DNA from: Longimicrobiales bacterium
GTDB lineage: Bacteria > Gemmatimonadota > Gemmatimonadetes > Longimicrobiales > Gaopeijiaceae
Length of the DNA stretch: 64,000 bases
Direction of reading: 5' to 3'
NCBI GenBank assembly: GCA_965225805.1
Contig: OZ245327.1
Span: forward strand, 1,604,603-1,668,602
Numbering within the stretch: position 1 is the stretch's first letter; each line of letters begins with the position of its first letter. Below the pieces are notes generated by a model that made no database searches, had not been told where the DNA came from, and was given only the letters and a program-made list of their open reading frames with translations. Shown here piece by piece: positions 62,165-64,000 of the stretch. A program made the position numbers and the translations under genes.

Positions 62165-63331
62165 ATGATGGCACGCACGAAACGAAGTCGGCGCTCCTAC
62201 GGCGCTGGCGAATGGGGCCGGAACCGGGTCCGGGTGTTTCCGGATGCCAAGACCGGCATTTTCCAGATCGAGTGGCGAGAGAACGGGCGCAGGCTCACCC
62301 GGTCCCTCAAACACCGCGACTGGTCGCGCGCGAAGCGGCAAGCGGACGAGTTCGCCGCGGGCTTCGCGGGGCCGGGCCTGAACGGCGAGGCCGAAGCCGA
62401 GCCCGAGCCGCTCAAGCTGGGATCGCTTTTTGACATCTACGGCGAAGAGGTGACGCCCACGAAGGGGAGACGGACGCGCCAGCGCGACTTGGTCGCGACC
62501 AGGATGTTCCTCCGCTTCTTCGGACGGGACCGAAGACCCGAAACACTGTCGCAGCGCGACTGGGATCGGTTCATCCGGGAACGGCGCGCGGGCAGGGCCG
62601 GACGCTCGGGCAAGCCCGTAGGCAACCGGACGATCGAATGGGACCTGACGTTCCTGATGACGGTGCTCAACTGGGCCGCAAGGTCAAGGGACGAACACGG
62701 ACGGCTGCTCCTCGACTCCAACCCGCTCAAGGGCCTCAGAAAGCCCAAGGAGAAGAATCCCAACCGGGTCGTCCTCACCGAGGACGAATACTAGGCGCTG
62801 CTCGGGGTTTCCCGGCAGGTCGGCTGGCGGTTCCATGTCGCGCTCGTGCTCGCGCACGAGACCGGGCACCGGATCGGTGCCATCCGCGAGCTCCGTTGGG
62901 ATGACATCGACATCGAGGGCCGCGAGGTCCGGTGGCGCGCGGAGCACGAGAAGACCGGCTACGAACACGTCACGCCCCTGACCGCCGAGGGGGTCGCCGC
63001 CCTGGAGGAGGAACGAAGCAGGAGCGAAGGAACCAAGAATGGCCCGGTGCTGCCGTCGCCGAGGGATGCCACGCAGTGCATGAGCCGCGTTGCCGCCCAC
63101 AAGTGGTGGAAGAAGGCGGAGACCCTCGCGGGACTGGAGCCGAGGCGGGGACGGGGCTGGCACTCGCTCCGTCGCAAGTTCGCTTCCGATCTCATGGACC
63201 TGCCGCTCAAGGTGCTTTGCGAGCTTGGCGGCTGGAAGAAGGCCCAGACGGTGCTGCGCTGCTACCAGCAACCCGACGCGGTACAACTCAGGAAGGCTCT
63301 GGACAACCGCCGCCGCAACGGTCGGGCCTGA
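62165..63331 (+). pseudogene. island integrase with a single in-frame TAG (62792..62794)
   Basis: MMARTKRSRRSYGAGEWGRNRVRV...VVLTEDEY*ALLGVSRQVGWRFHVALVLAHETGHRIGAIRELRW...GWHSLRRKFASDL. Both ORFs (61853..62794 and 62846..63331) are in the same frame. Confidence 0.8.
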
Positions 63332-63814
63332 TCCGAATCGGCGGGAACCAATCGGCGAGAATCAGGCCCGCCAAGCCTGTAACTCCAAACTCTACAGTCA
63401 GATGCAGACTTCATAGCATTTGCGGGGTAGGCTGGCTCTCCGGCCTTAAGGGCGTCCGACAAGCCCGTCGCCGACGTGTCCGAGACCCGGCGGCGGCCGG
63501 CGCCGATGCGGTGGCGGCGCACCCCCGCAAACGCTCCGGGAAACCCGTTCAACGGGCCTCGCAAAGCGCGGCCGACGGCGGGATGGAGGCCCGCGACGCC
63601 GGGCCGTCCATGTACCTGCGAAGCCGGAGCGGCAACTGATCCCCACCAGCGCCCCTGTCGCGGGACACGGGCGTCAGTTACGCCGTGGATGGATCAACCT
63701 GAACTACGCGTCTCCTCCCGCGTTTCGCCTCGTTTGGTCGTGCTGCCCTTCACACGCTTCGGTGACCCGAAGGGAAACACTTTGCGGATTTGATCCGCAA
63801 TTGGTTTCAATCCG

Positions 63815-64000
63815 GCCCGGGGGGGGAGAAAGGCCCCCCACGCCACCCGCATGCCCGCCGGCGTCCGTTCCCGCGCCCGTTGATGGCTTGGCGCAGTACG
63901 GGGTTGTTCTGTCTCGCCAGCTCCAGGGCTTCCTCCAGAGACAGGACGCGGGGCTCCTGCGCCTCGAGCGGCGCTGCAGCGATCGATGCGGCGAGGATGC
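63815..64000 (-). pseudogene. TolC-like outer-membrane efflux protein, N-terminal fragment entering from the window edge
   Basis: Own translation ...ILAASIAAAPLEAQEPRVLSLEEALELARQNNPVLRQAI..., then it degenerates and stops near 63815. There is not enough room before the integrase for a full gene. Confidence 0.35.

Overview
High-GC bacterial chromosomal segment. All family calls come from reading motifs by eye; no searches were run.

**Core region (1 to about 7.4 kb).** This stretch looks like ordinary core genome:
- a creatininase-family protein
- a spondin-like lipoprotein
- proline dehydrogenase
- an amidase
- heptose-7-phosphate kinase plus a GmhB-like phosphatase
- a tRNA-Ala(TGC) gene at 7408..7480, which closes the region

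**Mobile-element mosaic (tRNA to about 63.8 kb).** This part is built from decayed integrative mobilizable elements of one family. The shared modules are a tyrosine integrase, an AlpA-like regulator, an oriT-like hairpin, MobC and a MobA/VirD2-type relaxase.
- At least 8 integrase copies or fragments are present, with 3 mobC and 2 relaxase copies.
- The mosaic is further broken by an IS1380 element (4-bp target duplication and an empty-site paralog both visible), three IS110-family copies, and a group II intron.
- Several non-coding repeat families mark the junctions between modules.

**Defence-type cargo between the mob and int modules.**
1. A KTSC-domain gene followed by an OLD-family ABC-ATPase/TOPRIM nuclease.
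2. A 1084-aa McrB-like AAA+ protein followed by a McrC-like PD-(D/E)xK protein.
3. dcm -> a 991-aa protein with two GHKL modules (a MORC/Hsp90-like head plus a complete histidine-kinase core) -> a REC-domain protein with an unassigned C-terminal region of about 340 aa <- vsr.

Cassette 3 is my best candidate for an undescribed system. A two-component phosphorelay sits where a Dcm/Vsr cassette normally holds a restriction enzyme.

**Other cargo.** Two giant paralogous Big_2/LRR/metzincin-like lipoproteins, a TonB-dependent receptor, and a beta-propeller lipoprotein.

**Caveats.**
- Three of the frameshifts sit in C/G homopolymers and may be sequencing errors rather than real pseudogenes.
- High GC generates many long shadow ORFs, so most of the ORF track is rejected.
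- Element boundaries are good to a few nucleotides at best.
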